Position numbers and translations under genes: made by a program
Part shown: positions 1 through 12,599 of the stretch, piece by piece
Layout of the letters: each line of letters starts with the position of its first letter
How positions within the stretch are numbered: position 1 is the stretch's first letter
NCBI RefSeq assembly: GCF_963506605.1
Contig: NC_083277.1
Location: 47,926,001-47,990,000 of the forward strand
Source of the DNA: Zootoca vivipara
Lineage: Eukaryota
Direction of reading: 5' to 3'
Length of the DNA: 64,000 nt
Notes under the pieces: generated by a model
Told to the model about the DNA's origin: nothing
Database searches by the model: none
The model's input: the letters and a program-made list of their open reading frames with translations, nothing else

Positions 1-744
1 CCCTGGCCCAGAGGCTCAAAAACCTTTTGTTCACCAATTTCAGATGAAAGTTTCATTCTCTATTAGGCCATGTACAAACTGAAATGGGCTTCTAAAAAGA
101 ACTATTCGGCCAGGCCTTTTGAATTCGCTGCTGAAAGTTTCTGTTTTCTTGGACTTTGGTGGCAAATCTTATATCTGGAATTCAGAATTCCCCCCTCCCT
201 TTGGCCCTTGCAACTGCTTTGTGCTATCTTCTTAGATCTAGATCGGAAAGCACAGCTGCAATGCAGCTTGCAACACTGCACAGAGCAATGCTTTTCACAA
301 GCGTCTTATAAAAACTAAATGCTATTTATGATCCAGTTATGTAGCTGGTGTACTAAAGCTATCTCCTATTGGATTCATTAAGCAGAGAGAAATTGAGGGA
401 CTAAGCACTGCATCTTATTATCTCTGGATGCCTCCTTTAAAAAGGGGGAGGGGAGTCAAAGCAATAACTTTTCACTAGGAATAACAGAACCCCAAGTTAG
501 ACAAACAAACAATAATGTCAATGTGGCACTAGGGAACAGCTAGGGCTGGCTTAACCCTCAGGATAAAAGTATGCTACAGATTCCCTTTTCTCGTGTGAGA
601 AGACTTCTGTGTAAATAAGCCTATCCGGCTTCCTGTGGCAGACTTACCCTCAGCCTTGGGATAGGTCAACATGGTCCTTTTCTTAGAATATTTTGCTTCA
701 TACTATTGTCCTTCAATAGTATTGTGCTTCATAGTATTGTCCTT

Positions 745-1053
745 AAACCACTGAGCCTAGGACTTGTTGATCAGAAGGTCAGCGGTTCGAATCCCCGCGA
801 CGGGGTGAGCTCTCGTTGCTCGGTCCCAGCTCCTGCCAACCTAGCAGTTCGAAAGCACGTCAAAGTGCAAGCAGCGGGAAGGTAAACGGCATTTCCGTGT
901 GCTGCTCTGGTTCACCAGAAGCGGCTTTGTCATGCTGGCCACATGACCCAGAAGCTGTACGCTGGCTCCCTCGGCCAATAATGTGAGATGAGCGCTGCAA
1001 CCCCAGAGTCGGTGACGACTGGACCTAATGGTCGGGGTCCCTTTACCTTTACC
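745..1053 (+). mobile_element. Sauria SINE (slightly 5'-truncated)
   Basis: B box ggttcgaatcc, (ACCTTT) tail, TSD tattgtcctt at 735-744 and 1054-1063. Confidence 0.9.
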
Positions 1054-2687
1054 TATTGTCCTTGGATATGTACAGTACATCTATAGCATGAAACTAGATA
1101 CGTTTGTAAATATAAATATATAAGCAACTGTGGATGTCATTTCTGCCACCTTTAAGATCACAGAAATACAGCCTCTGCTCCATACATCACTTTTTCCATG
1201 CAATTATGTACTCAGGGAGAGTTTGCACGGAAGGAAAAACAATTTGGTAGCTGATACCCAAGGACTCTTCCTTTTATCAGAGGCCCTCAGATCTGAGCCT
1301 ATTGAGCCACATGCAGCCTGCTAGCTTTACTGTCTACTGGGTACTTGACAACTGCTCTCTCCACCCTTCAGCACACTCAGGCAAGAAGCCCCTTCTAGGC
1401 CACTGGAGATGGTTGATGGGCTGCATTTGGCTTGGTGTGGCGTACGTTTGAATAAGTCTGCTGTACCACAGAACAGGGCAGTAGCATCCATGCTCTCAAG
1501 AGCAAGCAAACTTAAAACATTTATTTCCTGCAAAGCATGGCTAGCATAAGAATCAGGCATGCTGTAATTCAGTGGGATTAGCACGAAAGGAAAGTGGTAG
1601 AGGATGTGTGAGTACAGGGCATCACGATATAGTGTGGTTCTATAATCTGGTGCTAAGTAGAGTAGAACATATTCCATGGTTCGTAGAGCAGGAAGTGCAT
1701 GTGTACCGACAAGTATTCAGCAATACAACCGTATAGTCCAGAAGTGTGTGGTTTCTGTCAAGTATTGCGAAACAGAGATAGATTCTTTTTGGCTGATGAG
1801 TACGTACGGCTGAAAATGAGAAAAATAATGCTTTTGCCATCTAATTTGGGCTGTCTGTTAGGAAAATCAACACTACAGTGCAGACCAGTCCTGCAGAAGT
1901 GTGTTTACTGCCAGGCAAAGGGTTTTGCATTTATTGGAAGGTAACATGGAACTATGGAGAACATGAGGTCATGCATGGTCTTTTACAAATCAAAGGCTAC
2001 CATTAACAGGTTGCAAAAAATTGTCTAACAGACATATGGGGATACAATAATAGAGACACAAAGCTCTAGAACAATGGTTCATCCCAAGGTTTGCTCCTAG
2101 CAGCATATCAGAACGATACATTCATCTGTTGGAAAGCTTGCTGGGGTAGAAAACTGCTTTAGTTACTCACAAGGTGAAGGAGATTAACAGGAAACAGCCC
2201 TGTGAAGCTGTACCCTAAAGATCTGGGGGCAAGAAAGCAGGTTTAAAGACTGTACCCTTGCAGAACAAAACACCTTAAACAAACAAACAAACAAAACAAA
2301 CAAACAAACATGCAGTGAGTTGAATGCTGGAGAAAACTCACTATGTAATGGTGTGTTGCTCTAATGATTACACACAGGGGAGTCCAATGTGATGACCTAG
2401 TGCATTTCACGGTAAGGCCACATTATCACAGTTGATGAGGACTTTAAGCATTCTGCTGTATAGCTTTTCCTCTCTGGCTTTTAAAAAAAGCCGGGTATCC
2501 CCCCACCCCCAAAATTCCTGAAGTATATCTCATTATAGTCCCTTATTAAAAATAGTTTAGCATATTGCTTAATACAACACTTGAAACAGCAAAGGAGGGT
2601 CATTCACAAGGAAACTATGTCTGCAAAATTATGTTCGCGGTAGACTTTGAAATGTGTTACAGACGCACAAAACCAAACATTATATGG

Positions 2688-2823
2688 CTAATCAGAAAAG
2701 AGGCTGGCAAAGGATTTTCTCAAGTTTCGGATGGTTTCAGCTTTTGCTTCATCCTCGTTCACAGATGACCGAAAGAAGGATGACTCAGTGAAGTTGAAGG
2801 CGTTGGTCAGAGACTGTGATTTA
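2688..2823 (-). CDS. SYN2: Synapsin II, SYN2a terminal coding exon (exon 13, domain E)
   Basis: Acceptor ttgcag|T, then (N)KSQSLTNAFNFTESSFFRSSVNEDEAKAETIRNLRKSFASLFSD* with TAG at 2690-2688. This is the synapsin a-isoform domain E. 136 nt, phase matches exon 12. Confidence 0.97.
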
Positions 2824-3441
2824 CTGCAAGATAAAAACAAAAACAAAACAAAATGCACATCAATGCATGTTGTCTGTTACAGCCATACCTCAGAATTCTG
2901 TTTACCATGTCATACAATGGAAGCAGGACATATAGACCTCTGCCTGCCGTATCTCCTTCTCTGGGCACCATTATTAGCTTTGTCACAGATGATCATGCGT
3001 TTTGGGCAGAGAAATGGATGCAGACTCAGACCTGACCACCATGACCAGCTGTTCAGCAATGCATATGGATTGTGCTGGACTATTTCACACAGAACGCAAC
3101 ACGTTGCAGGGGAAGGCTTCACGGAAATCCACATGAACCATTTTGTCCATCAGAGCACACAAAAAAAATTCTGGACCAAAAATTATCTCCATACATTCGA
3201 GGGGACATGAGTGCTTGAGTCCCATTCAAGTGAATGGAATTGTTGCTTAATCCTAACCATGTTAATTTGGAAACCTGCTCTACTCATTTCAGTGGCATTT
3301 AGTCCTCAGAGGGTTAGGAGTGCAGTCCTGAGGACTTAATTAATTTTAGTTTACATTAATTTCAGTGGGATGTGTGGGACAATCCTAAGCATGTTTCCTC
3401 AGAAGCCAGACCCATTGTTGTCATTGGGATTTACTTCCTAG

Positions 3442-3846
3442 TAAAGAAGGCTGATCACCGAAGAATTGATGCTTTTGAATTATGGTGCTGGAGGAGCCCC
3501 TTGAGAGTCCCATGGACTGCAAGAAGATCAAACCTATCCATTCTGAAGGAAATCAGCCCTGAGTGCTCACTGGAAGGACAGATCCTGAAGCTGAGGCTCC
3601 AATACTTTGGCCACCTCATGAGAAGAGAAGAGAGGGTCTCCCTGGAAGAGACCCTGATGTTGGGAAAGATGAAGGGCACAAGGAGAAGGGGACAACAGAG
3701 GACGAGATGGTTGGACAGTGTTCTCGAAGCCACCAACATGAGTTTGACCAAACTGCGGGAGGCAGTGGAAGACAGGAGTGCCTGGTGTGCTCTGGTCCAT
3801 GGGGTCACAAAGAGTCGGACACAACTAAACGACTAAACAACAACAA
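3442..3846 (+). mobile_element. BovB (RTE) LINE 3' fragment
   Basis: RRIDAFELWCWR...VHGVTKSRTQLND followed by a (CAA)n tail. Inserted inside a short palindromic squamate repeat (caatcct...aggatt). Confidence 0.93.
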
Positions 3847-5070
3847 AATGTGTTTAGGATTACAGCCTTAAACACACTTTACTTTTTATAGATTGCATCC
3901 AACGTAAGGATATTTCAGCTGGAAGAGCATATGACTCTTAAGCTCAGGGTCGCCCCACATTAGGCAAAAGATTCCTGGATTCCAGGGGATTGGATTAGAT
4001 GACCCTCATGGTCCCTTTCCAACTCTACAGTTTTATGATTCTATTATCTAGGTCAATAGAAAATGGTTGCTAAATCACCTCGGAACAAATACATTCAGTT
4101 TAGCTCTGTATTCCTAAAGCCACTTTCCCTGGAACAATATTTCTTAATTTGATAGGACTTGACTGAATGCAGGTATGCAGAGTGTGGATAGTAGCAAAAC
4201 TGTTTGGCTTTAGTTATGCTATAAAATCTAAGGCTAGTAGAAGGAAAAGGTTGTGAGGCTGCTTGCGCTTCCTGTACCATGTCTCAGCACAAGGCAACAA
4301 TTCATAGCCAGTCTGCTTTCAACCCCAACTTTGTTGAAAACCAGAGCAAGTGGTGCTGCATGTGGTGTTCTGTCTCTCGTTTGCATTGTACTTGGGTTTA
4401 GTGTTCACAGAAAGCAGGCAGTGGAAAGGCAAAGCGAGGCTTCACTTGATTAGCGACTCAAAAATGAATGGCCTAATTAAATATTTGTTCATGGGCTAAT
4501 AACCTGCACGCACATGTTAAGCAAGAGCATGTGGGTGAGAATGCAAGGCACATACATGCCAAATGCACAGAGTACAGTTAATCCCATTGGCAATTTGAGT
4601 TTGCGTATGTTTGTTTTTTTCATTTTGAAAATTACAATATGAATGGGAATAAGCCTGTGACTCAGGCTGTGAGCCTGTCAAGGAAAGCTCAATGGCACAC
4701 CACATGCATACAGTTTTCAAGTGTTCAGGAAAGACCCTAACACGTTCCTATCAAAGGAAATAAAGGATTAGGATGGGACATGCTGATCTCAGTTAGGAGG
4801 GCAGCTTCCCAAGCTGTGGTTTATGTTGGCAATTCCAGGGGTATTACTCTGGCATGGCCCAGTTGCTTAGGACTGGGATACAAGCGAAGACTTTCAGAAT
4901 CTCTTTCTCTGGATAATAGGTGTGTTTTTTTTAAAAAAAAAAAAAAAAATCTCATTTGAGAATAAAGGTAAAATGAAACGGGGAAATAAAACATTTTACT
5001 ATTTCTATTAGAAAGGTTCCAGGCCTTTCTTAGAAAGGTTTCATTCAAATTTATTTTTCTAATCCTATTA

Positions 5071-5412
5071 GGGTCGCAGGTGGCGCTGTGGTCTAAACCA
5101 CTGAGACTAGGGCTTGCCAATCAGAAGGTCGGTAGTTCGAATCCCTGCGACAGGGTGAGCTCCCGTTGTTCAGTGCCAGCTCCTGCCCGCCTAGCAGTTC
5201 GAAATAACGTCAAAGTGCAAGTAGATAAATAGGTACCGCTCTGGCGGGAAGGTAAACAGCGTTTCCGTGCGGTTCTCTGGTTCACCAGAAACGGCTTGGT
5301 CATGTTGGCCACATGACCCGGAAGCTGTCTGCGGACAAATGCCGGCTCCCTTGGCTTATGGAGCGAGATGAGCGCCGCAACCCCAGAGTCGTCCATGACT
5401 GGACCTAAAGGT
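5071..5412 (+). mobile_element. Sauria SINE
   Basis: tRNA-like head (tggcgctgtgg, gttcgaatcc) and body. Its ACCTTT tail appears displaced to 5757-5769. Confidence 0.9.
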
Positions 5413-5756
5413 TGGGACCCCTGACCGTTAGGTCTAGTCATGGACAACTCTGGGGTTGCGGCGCTCATCTAGCTCCATAAGCCGAGGGAGCCGGCATACA
5501 GCTTCCGGGTCATGTGGCCAACATGACTAAGCCGCTTCTGGCCAACCAGAGTAGCGCACGAAAATGCCGTTTACCTTCCCGCCGGAGCAGTACGTATTTA
5601 TCTACTTGCACTTTGACGTGCTTTCGAACTGCTGGGTGGGCAGGAGCTGGGACTGAACAATGGGAGCTCACCCCGTCACGGGGATTCGAACTGCCGACCT
5701 TCCGATCGGCAAGCCCTAGGCTCTGTGGTTTAGACCACAGCGCCACCCACGTCCCT
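5413..5756 (-). mobile_element. Sauria SINE in reverse orientation, abutting the previous copy tail-to-tail
   Basis: Reverse complement reads gggacgtgggtggcgctgtggtctaaacc...ggtcaggggtccc. Confidence 0.9.
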
Positions 5757-7178
5757 ACCTTTACCTTTATTCTAATAAGCTGGTCTCAGAAAACAATGAA
5801 AGGAGTGTTTGCGGGTGGGGTGGGGGGGACACAATTCATGTGGATTCCATTGCTGCCTCCACACCTGCCCCTGTTTGCATTTCCATGATTCCATGATCTC
5901 TTGCATTTTTAAGTTAATAACTGTAGTTGGGGTTTTTAGATTGTGTCTGCTTCATGTTTTAAGTTCCTGTCCTGCCAGCTGCTATTTGCCCTCTAGGGAA
6001 AATATGCAGTAGTATAGAGTTTAACAATCATGAATTTAATATTTACAAGCATAACTGAAGGCATTTTAGAATTTGTATTGCATGTGCATTAAGAATACTG
6101 CATTGTATTGTTTTAATTATTTGCTATTTATTGTATTTCGTAATTTGCTTATTGTTAGTTGTTAATTCTTGTTGTAAGCTGGATAGCGTCAGGCAGGATA
6201 TGCATTTTATAATAGATAAATATATATTGCGTTTGTGATCTGTCTGCACATTATTTGGCAAGGCCGTATGTGCTGTTAATACAATTGTTTCCTTGCTGCT
6301 GCTGTACATAGTGTAGGCAAAGATTCTTTGCCATTATGTAAGATTCCAATATGGCCAGAGCTGTGGGATTTATCTGCAGATTACAGTACTTTGGTTTTCT
6401 TACTCCATCAACAGCTATATATCCAGGCATTTGGTACAAACAATAGCCCATTTCAGGAGGTTGGGGCCCATCAGTCAGGGTTCTGCCAAGGAAACACCCC
6501 TACTTGAGTAGAAGAGTCTTTTTCAGACTGGCACTGAACACGTGACTGGCATTGGTTTCAATGTCCAAGGTACCAAACATCTGACTAGGGCCAATTTCCT
6601 CTCTTTCTGTGTTATTGCCTTATACAGCATCTTTCTCTTTCTGCATTTGGATCGACTGGGTACAGCCCTAACACATGGACTGTATGCCTACATATAGCTT
6701 TGGAGCTTTTGGGGAAAAATTGGATGAAAAATGTATCATGGACTTCCGGAACAGCCTTTTTAAACTGAAAATCTGTTGTTGTTTGAGTGGCTGCAAGGTT
6801 AAAAGTTTAAGTAGATAAGGCTTCCTTCTTTTCCTCAGCAGCTGACTTACAGACAGCACATTCAAAAATGAGTCAGTGCCTTTTTGGTTGGTGGGCAGAA
6901 ACAGAGGATGGCCCATTATCAAATTTGGCCTCGTGGCACCAGAAATCTGCATGTATTGCAAATTACCAGAGAGCTTTTTCAACATCTATTATTGCCTTTG
7001 TTGGAAATTTCCCTGTTTCAGGTCAACCTGGTGCAAAGTTGTTACATGCTAACAACAACGACCACGCCGCCACTGCCAACAACAACAACACAGGGGGTCA
7101 GTACAGGTTGTATTCAAACCTCAATGGCAAAGGAAAGCATATGAAACAAGAGTGGAGGAAATAAATGAAAAGCCTTAC

Positions 7179-7419
7179 TTCAGTTGCGGATGTGCTGGAG
7201 GTTTCTGTGGTGGAGCTGTGGAGGGTTTCGTCTCTGTGTCCGCAGGTGGCCCAGCGCTTGAAGGACCTGGGGCCTGAGCACGTGGTTGAATTGCAGGGCC
7301 CGGTGGACGTGGAGGCAGGGAACTCGAGGGCTTTGCTGACTGCCCCGGAGGAAACGCACGCTGTGGTTGCAATGGCTCCTGGCTTTGTGATTGCATTCCT
7401 TGGGGTTGCACTGGGCCCC
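7179..7419 (-). CDS. SYN2: Synapsin II, SYN2a-specific exon 12 (Pro/Gln-rich domain H)
   Basis: cctag|GG GGC CCA ... CAA CTG AA|gtaagg. Encodes GGPVQPQGMQ...APPQKPPAHPQL(N). 241 nt, phase 1 to phase 2. Confidence 0.95.
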
Positions 7420-8527
7420 CTAGGTTCAGTACAAGAAAAACTTCATAATGCATCAGTAATTTTGTACTAGCTCTTATATCTAACACTTACAAATATAAAC
7501 TTGGAACCAATAAAGTTCAGCGTGTCTAGGATAGGCGAGCCACATCTTTGCTGTTGATACCATTAGCCACAATTCCGTGTAACTTGCAGAAGTGCCACAC
7601 TTTCAAACCTCACTGATACCAAGGTGCCCTAAAAAGAGTATTAATTTAGCAATGGTAACTTTTCTTAAAAAGATTATATTTCTGAAATTGTTACAGGGCA
7701 ATAATTCTACCCACAAAAAGCTACATTAATTGCAACATTTCTCTATTTCGTTTCTGAACTTTCATGATAAGAAATATTTCTTTATTGCTCCATTGCAATG
7801 GGAGCTATGCCTAGAAGGAAGCTGTATTTTATGGTTCTGCATATGGTAATGTAAACCAACACCACTATTTCTTGCTAAAGGGGGGGGGAGTTAGGATTTT
7901 TGTTGCTTACTTAAATGTTTTGCTGCAAATTTAAATGTTGCTTATTTAAATTCTTGCTTATTTAAATGTCATAATGAAGCACACAGACTTGCAGTGGCTA
8001 CTCAGTGGGCCCTAAAGAGCCTTTCTGAAAAAGAGAAATCATGCGCCCTTACAGCAGAAGCCACTGTTTAATTATCAGAGAATATCAATCCAGTGTAGCT
8101 CCATGCTTATTAAGTATGCAGCTGAGACAGAACTGCAGGTGCTTGAAAGTACATTGAGTATATCTCACCAGGTGCCACCTGCTTCACCTTTATAAGGCTA
8201 CCACTCTCCAGTTAAGCTGGACTACCTGAAGGGGAACCCATTTAGTCACAGTGAGCTTAAAGGGTCCAATGTTCTGAGGTGCATTTAAATGGGTTTATAG
8301 CTTGACTTATTACGCCAACATATGAATGCTTACGATAAAGTACTCCACTGTTGTATCACAGCATAGCATTGCACCAACACTGTCATTATGAAATTCCTTG
8401 GCCTGGAACCAAAGGATCATGAAATTAGTTCCATGAGCCCAAGGGGAACTGAGACATTTCCCGTCAAAATCAGCCGTGCCCCATGCTGGTAATGTGGCCC
8501 GGGGGGAATAAATCCAACTGGGCTAGG

Positions 8528-8695
8528 GAGGGATTGTGGTTTGCCGGCAGGGCATATGTGTTGTATGCCAAAGGTCCCACGCTCAGTTCCTGGCATCTTC
8601 AGGGAACAACACCTGATTTAAACACTAGACAGCCACTGTTGGCCAGTGAGACAAATACTGAGCTAAATGCACCCATGGCCTGACTTAGGATAAGT
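8528..8695 (+). mobile_element. Old tRNA-derived SINE (Squam3-like)
   Basis: Degenerate head ...aaggtcccacgctcagttcctggcatct and 3' part gacaaatactgagcta...ggcctgact. Confidence 0.5.
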
Positions 8696-9339
8696 CCCAT
8701 GGGCCGCTATTCTAATCAGCCATTTGTTTCCAAGGGCTTTCCCATTCACGTGCAAGCACAGAAATGACCTCTTCAGCAAAGCGATGGGGAAACTCTCTTA
8801 AGGAGGAATTCCATGTGTGCCTCAGTACACTGCAAACAGGGCAGACTTACAGGCTCAAGGAGAAAGACACTTCCACTCAACTACGCCTGTTCATAGGTAG
8901 ATGAGGAGTTGAGATCATGCTTGCTGGCTCCGCCCCTCGCCCTACCAATTTCAACAGAGCTTGTGAGCAGACTTTCTATGTAAACAAGCTGTACAGTATA
9001 TGCGGATTGGCTTTTCGATGCATGTAGGTCTGTTCAAAAGCCATACTGGGTATGCGCAGGACACAGCTGGAGCAAGCAGGTATGATTCCAACCCCACCAC
9101 TCACACATTTCCTGAACATGCCATACAGCATGTATGGGGCTTATGTCATTTTCGGCAGTAAGTTCAAGATCAACAGGTTCTATTTTCAGGAGACTGGTGG
9201 AATTTTGAATCTGGGTGGTTTTACTAGTTCTGCACCGTAAAACAAACATTCTCGTTTAGCTTTTCTTTGCTGAGTAGAAAATACCCCCCTCCCCGCTCTC
9301 CATTTAGATATTGAGGCTTATATGCCAGAAACTATACAC

Positions 9340-11839
9340 TGAAGACAGATGTAACTTTTTTTTATTGCACATTAAGCTGTACAAGATATTTCACAAAATA
9401 TATACTGCAATCACACTTCAGCATTTGCTCACTTTCTTGCAGCTGGTTTGGTACAAAAAGGCAGCAACAATAATAAAAAAGCTTTTACAAAAAGAAAAGG
9501 AAAGGGAAAAATAAAATAAACCAAACACACACCAACCCCCTGGACATTAATCCTATACTGCAAAATATCAGTTCCCTATATCCCACAATATTGCACCTAA
9601 GCATGCTAGCATGCAGAGACATTTTGGCTTGCTTAATATCTGTGGTAGGCAGTAACCAGTGTGTGCCCTTCGAAGACCTTTTGCAATAAATGCACTGAAG
9701 TCCTGCTGGGATGCAGCTCTTTTTCTCTGAGGTCTGCAGGCACACGTGTGCACACACACACGCACACTCACGCACACACACACAGAGCTCGTAAACAATG
9801 CACAAAAGCATTTGTAAATACTCGGACTACTACATGCAAAAGAACACTCATGGCTTGATATTAAATGGCATTCAGTCAGTAGGTTCATTTCTTCACCTCC
9901 GGGCAGGAGGCTGTTTTGTTCACTTGGGTTGAGATTTGGAGGTGAGGAGGGGCGTGTGTGAACCTGAGGCTGAAGGGGATGCACTCATTCTACACAATCA
10001 AAATCATCAGTGTAGTTATGAAGAGATCACTAACCAGAAACATTTACCACAAAAGTGGAATGATACTATAATAGACTAAAAATGGGCAGGACACAGTGGC
10101 ATGCCCAACAAGCACTGAAATTCCCATCAAAAGCAGCGTGAAATTTGCAGCTCACTAGCCTGAATTTAAAAACAAAACAGAACAAATAAAACCACTTGGT
10201 AACTGAGCTATAATTTTGTTGGCAGTGTTTGCAAGGAAAATAAATTCAGACCTTGGCATTGTTTCACAAGAAAACAGGCTTGTTTGTATTAACCTAGGGA
10301 CTGCTATTTACCTTAGTATGGGATTCCAATTGACAAAACACAATCCTTTGCTTTGCTCACAGCTAGTATAATAGTGCACCTTTCAACGTTTACAGGCTAG
10401 ATTTTACATAACAGTTTAACTGCCCTGCCTAGATATTGCTTTTAAGATTATGCACATAGCCATTGGTTATGTGACAGTCATAAGCAATTATGGCTATAAG
10501 AAAGTTTGGAAAAGTAAAACCCGCCGGGTCACTTTGATTTATTATTTACACACACTTGAGTCATAAATGTGAACTTCTAAGCCTAAACCTTTTTACTTGT
10601 TCTGAGCCATATGTTAAATATACTTTCATATATGCTGTTGCTTACGCTCAGAATGATAGATCAGATGACAGCTGCATCTTAGTTACTTGGCTATAGCCTC
10701 AGCTAATATAGAACAGCACAACCACACATTGAGTCCATGTACCACACACTTTTTAAATCCTTAAAAAAAAACATGTGGCTAGCCCAATATTTGGAAAAGG
10801 TGATGATTAATCTAGCAAGGCTTTTAATGGCCTTGTTGACTTCCTCTAACAAACAGCTGTAGCTTACCTGAATTTTGTAGATAAGGAATATCTAGTAAAC
10901 ACACTTGCTTTAGTTTTGTACAAGACCAGATGGCTACTTCATAACCGCTAGAGAACCTTTGTCACTGAACTTAAATACATTCAGTACCCTCACATTTGCA
11001 TCAATATTGCACATAAGTGGCCCGTTTTGTATAGCACTGAGGCTAATAATTTAATGCAGATTTTAAAATAAAAAAAATCTGCATTGAAAATAAAGGATAT
11101 TTATGTATTCCTGGAAATAATTCTCTCATATTTCATAGGAAATAAATGAAATAAAGCACTTGTCTTTCATGTTACCTATAAGCAATACTTTTTTGCAACA
11201 GTACAAACCAGTACAGAATTCTGTCACTTCTTTTTTGCTGCCCTTGGCAGCCGTTTTGTGCTGGTACCCACTGGACTTTTATCAAGAGAAGAATACCAGG
11301 AGTTCATTTTCTTTTACCACAAAAAGCACTGCCTATAAGTATGAACTCAAAAGTTAATGATGCCTCATTCAACATACTATTAAATGAGACTTTAAAAATA
11401 TTATAATCACATTTCTACATTAATCATGCACATATTTTTTTTTAAAAAAACCCAAATATAATGCACGTACTCACAGAGTTAAGCAAAAGTATATAAATTT
11501 TAACCTGGGCTGGTTAGTCTTTTTTACCCCACAATATAGAATACTGGAAAGAAAGAAAAACCTGTCTAACCATCCATAATAAACAGTCTCACTGACTTGG
11601 TAGAGGCACAATTCTTGTACACTGTTGACAACAGCCCTGAATCACAAGTTATACAGAGAAACATAAGTAAGCGTTACAACACAAACATGAACAGATAAAC
11701 AACCAGACAGTATAGTTGACACTGCATAGAAAAAACACAGTCCAGGTCAGCACTTAAACGATTGCAAAAACCGCACAAAAACTGGTATTGTTTGATTCCT
11801 CTTTTTTTGGCTTTAACCCTTGCTTTTGGTCTCAGTAAT
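9340..11839 (-). other. SYN2: Probable SYN2b 3' UTR (~2.5 kb)
   Basis: AT-rich stretch with no recognised transposon, running from the SYN2b stop to an AATAAA with a GU-rich downstream element. The 3' end is inferred. Confidence 0.65.
9361..9366 (-). terminator. Candidate poly(A) signal of SYN2b
   Basis: Minus strand reads gtgcAATAAAaaaaagttacatctgtcttcagtgtatagtttct. Confidence 0.6.
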
Positions 11840-11968
11840 TTAAGTAGCCTGGACTTGTTTTGGTCCTACTGCAACGCCATTACAATCGAGAATGTACTGT
11901 AAACAACCTTGAGGAGGTGGTCGCTGGGGTGGGACTTTGTTTGGTTCTGACTCCTTAAGTGATCCACT
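11840..11968 (-). CDS. SYN2: Synapsin II, SYN2b terminal coding exon (exon 11 read-through, domain I)
   Basis: Reading through the internal donor gives ...RPPPQGCLQYILDCNGVAVGPKQVQAT* (TAA 11842-11840), matching the synapsin IIb C-terminus. Confidence 0.95.
   Translation of the reverse strand, partial: SGSLKESEPNKVPPQRPPPQGCLQYILDCNGVAVGPKQVQAT
11908..11968 (-). CDS. SYN2: Synapsin II exon 11, part shared by both isoforms (SYN2a splices at the internal donor)
   Basis: ttgcag|AGT GGA TCA ... SGSLKESEPNKVPPQRPPPQ G|gttgtt. 61 nt, phase 0 to phase 1. Confidence 0.93.
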
Positions 11969-12599
11969 CTGCAAGACAAAAGGAAAAAAAAGGGGGGGGG
12001 GGTAAGGAAAGCAAAACAGAAGAGAGGTCAAATGAGCAGGGCTACAATAAGGAATCACACCTAGGAGAAAGTTTTTGTCATTAGAGGAATTATCAAGTAA
12101 AAGTCACCTCTTAGGGCACATGCTAGTACGCTCTGGAGAAGTATTGCATCTCAATCTCCCCCAGAACGCCCTAAATAGTGTGGAGAATTAAATTAACTTG
12201 CAAAATCTAAAACAAAAATAAATTTAGATTATACACACCTTGAAAGGAATGCTGCCTGATTACTTCTTTGCTGTATTTTAAAGAACATTTCATGATGTGT
12301 CGTTTATGATAGACATTACATTCAGAATGATTAGCCAGGCAAAAAAGCATTTAATTCTGAAGGCTTGGTTCATTGAGATTTATGAAATTATTGCTTTAGC
12401 TACCATCAAGCTGAACGCGGCCCCTCTACAATGTATGATAGCCTACTAATGGCTCAAAAATTCCCCAATTTTTGGGGCTGGCCTACCTGCTAAACCAAAT
12501 TTGTTTTGGTGGAACACAAGTTGTGCAGCCCTGAGTAATTCCCAAATGAACTTTGTCACAGGACCAAACTAGACACGATGCTAAACGCGGAATCAAAAC

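Noticed and set aside
1520-1935. AATAAA candidates for the SYN2a poly(A) site (1525-1520, 1935-1930)
   Set aside because: Cannot choose between them, or a site outside the window, from sequence alone.
5071-5150. tRNA-like A/B boxes here and in other SINE heads
   Set aside because: SINE heads continuing into SINE bodies, not tRNA genes.
6127-7178. Possible third SYN2 isoform by exon 12 read-through (AAG TAA) using AATAAA at 6132-6127
   Set aside because: An in-frame TAA inside GTAAG donors is common by chance, and there is no transcript evidence.
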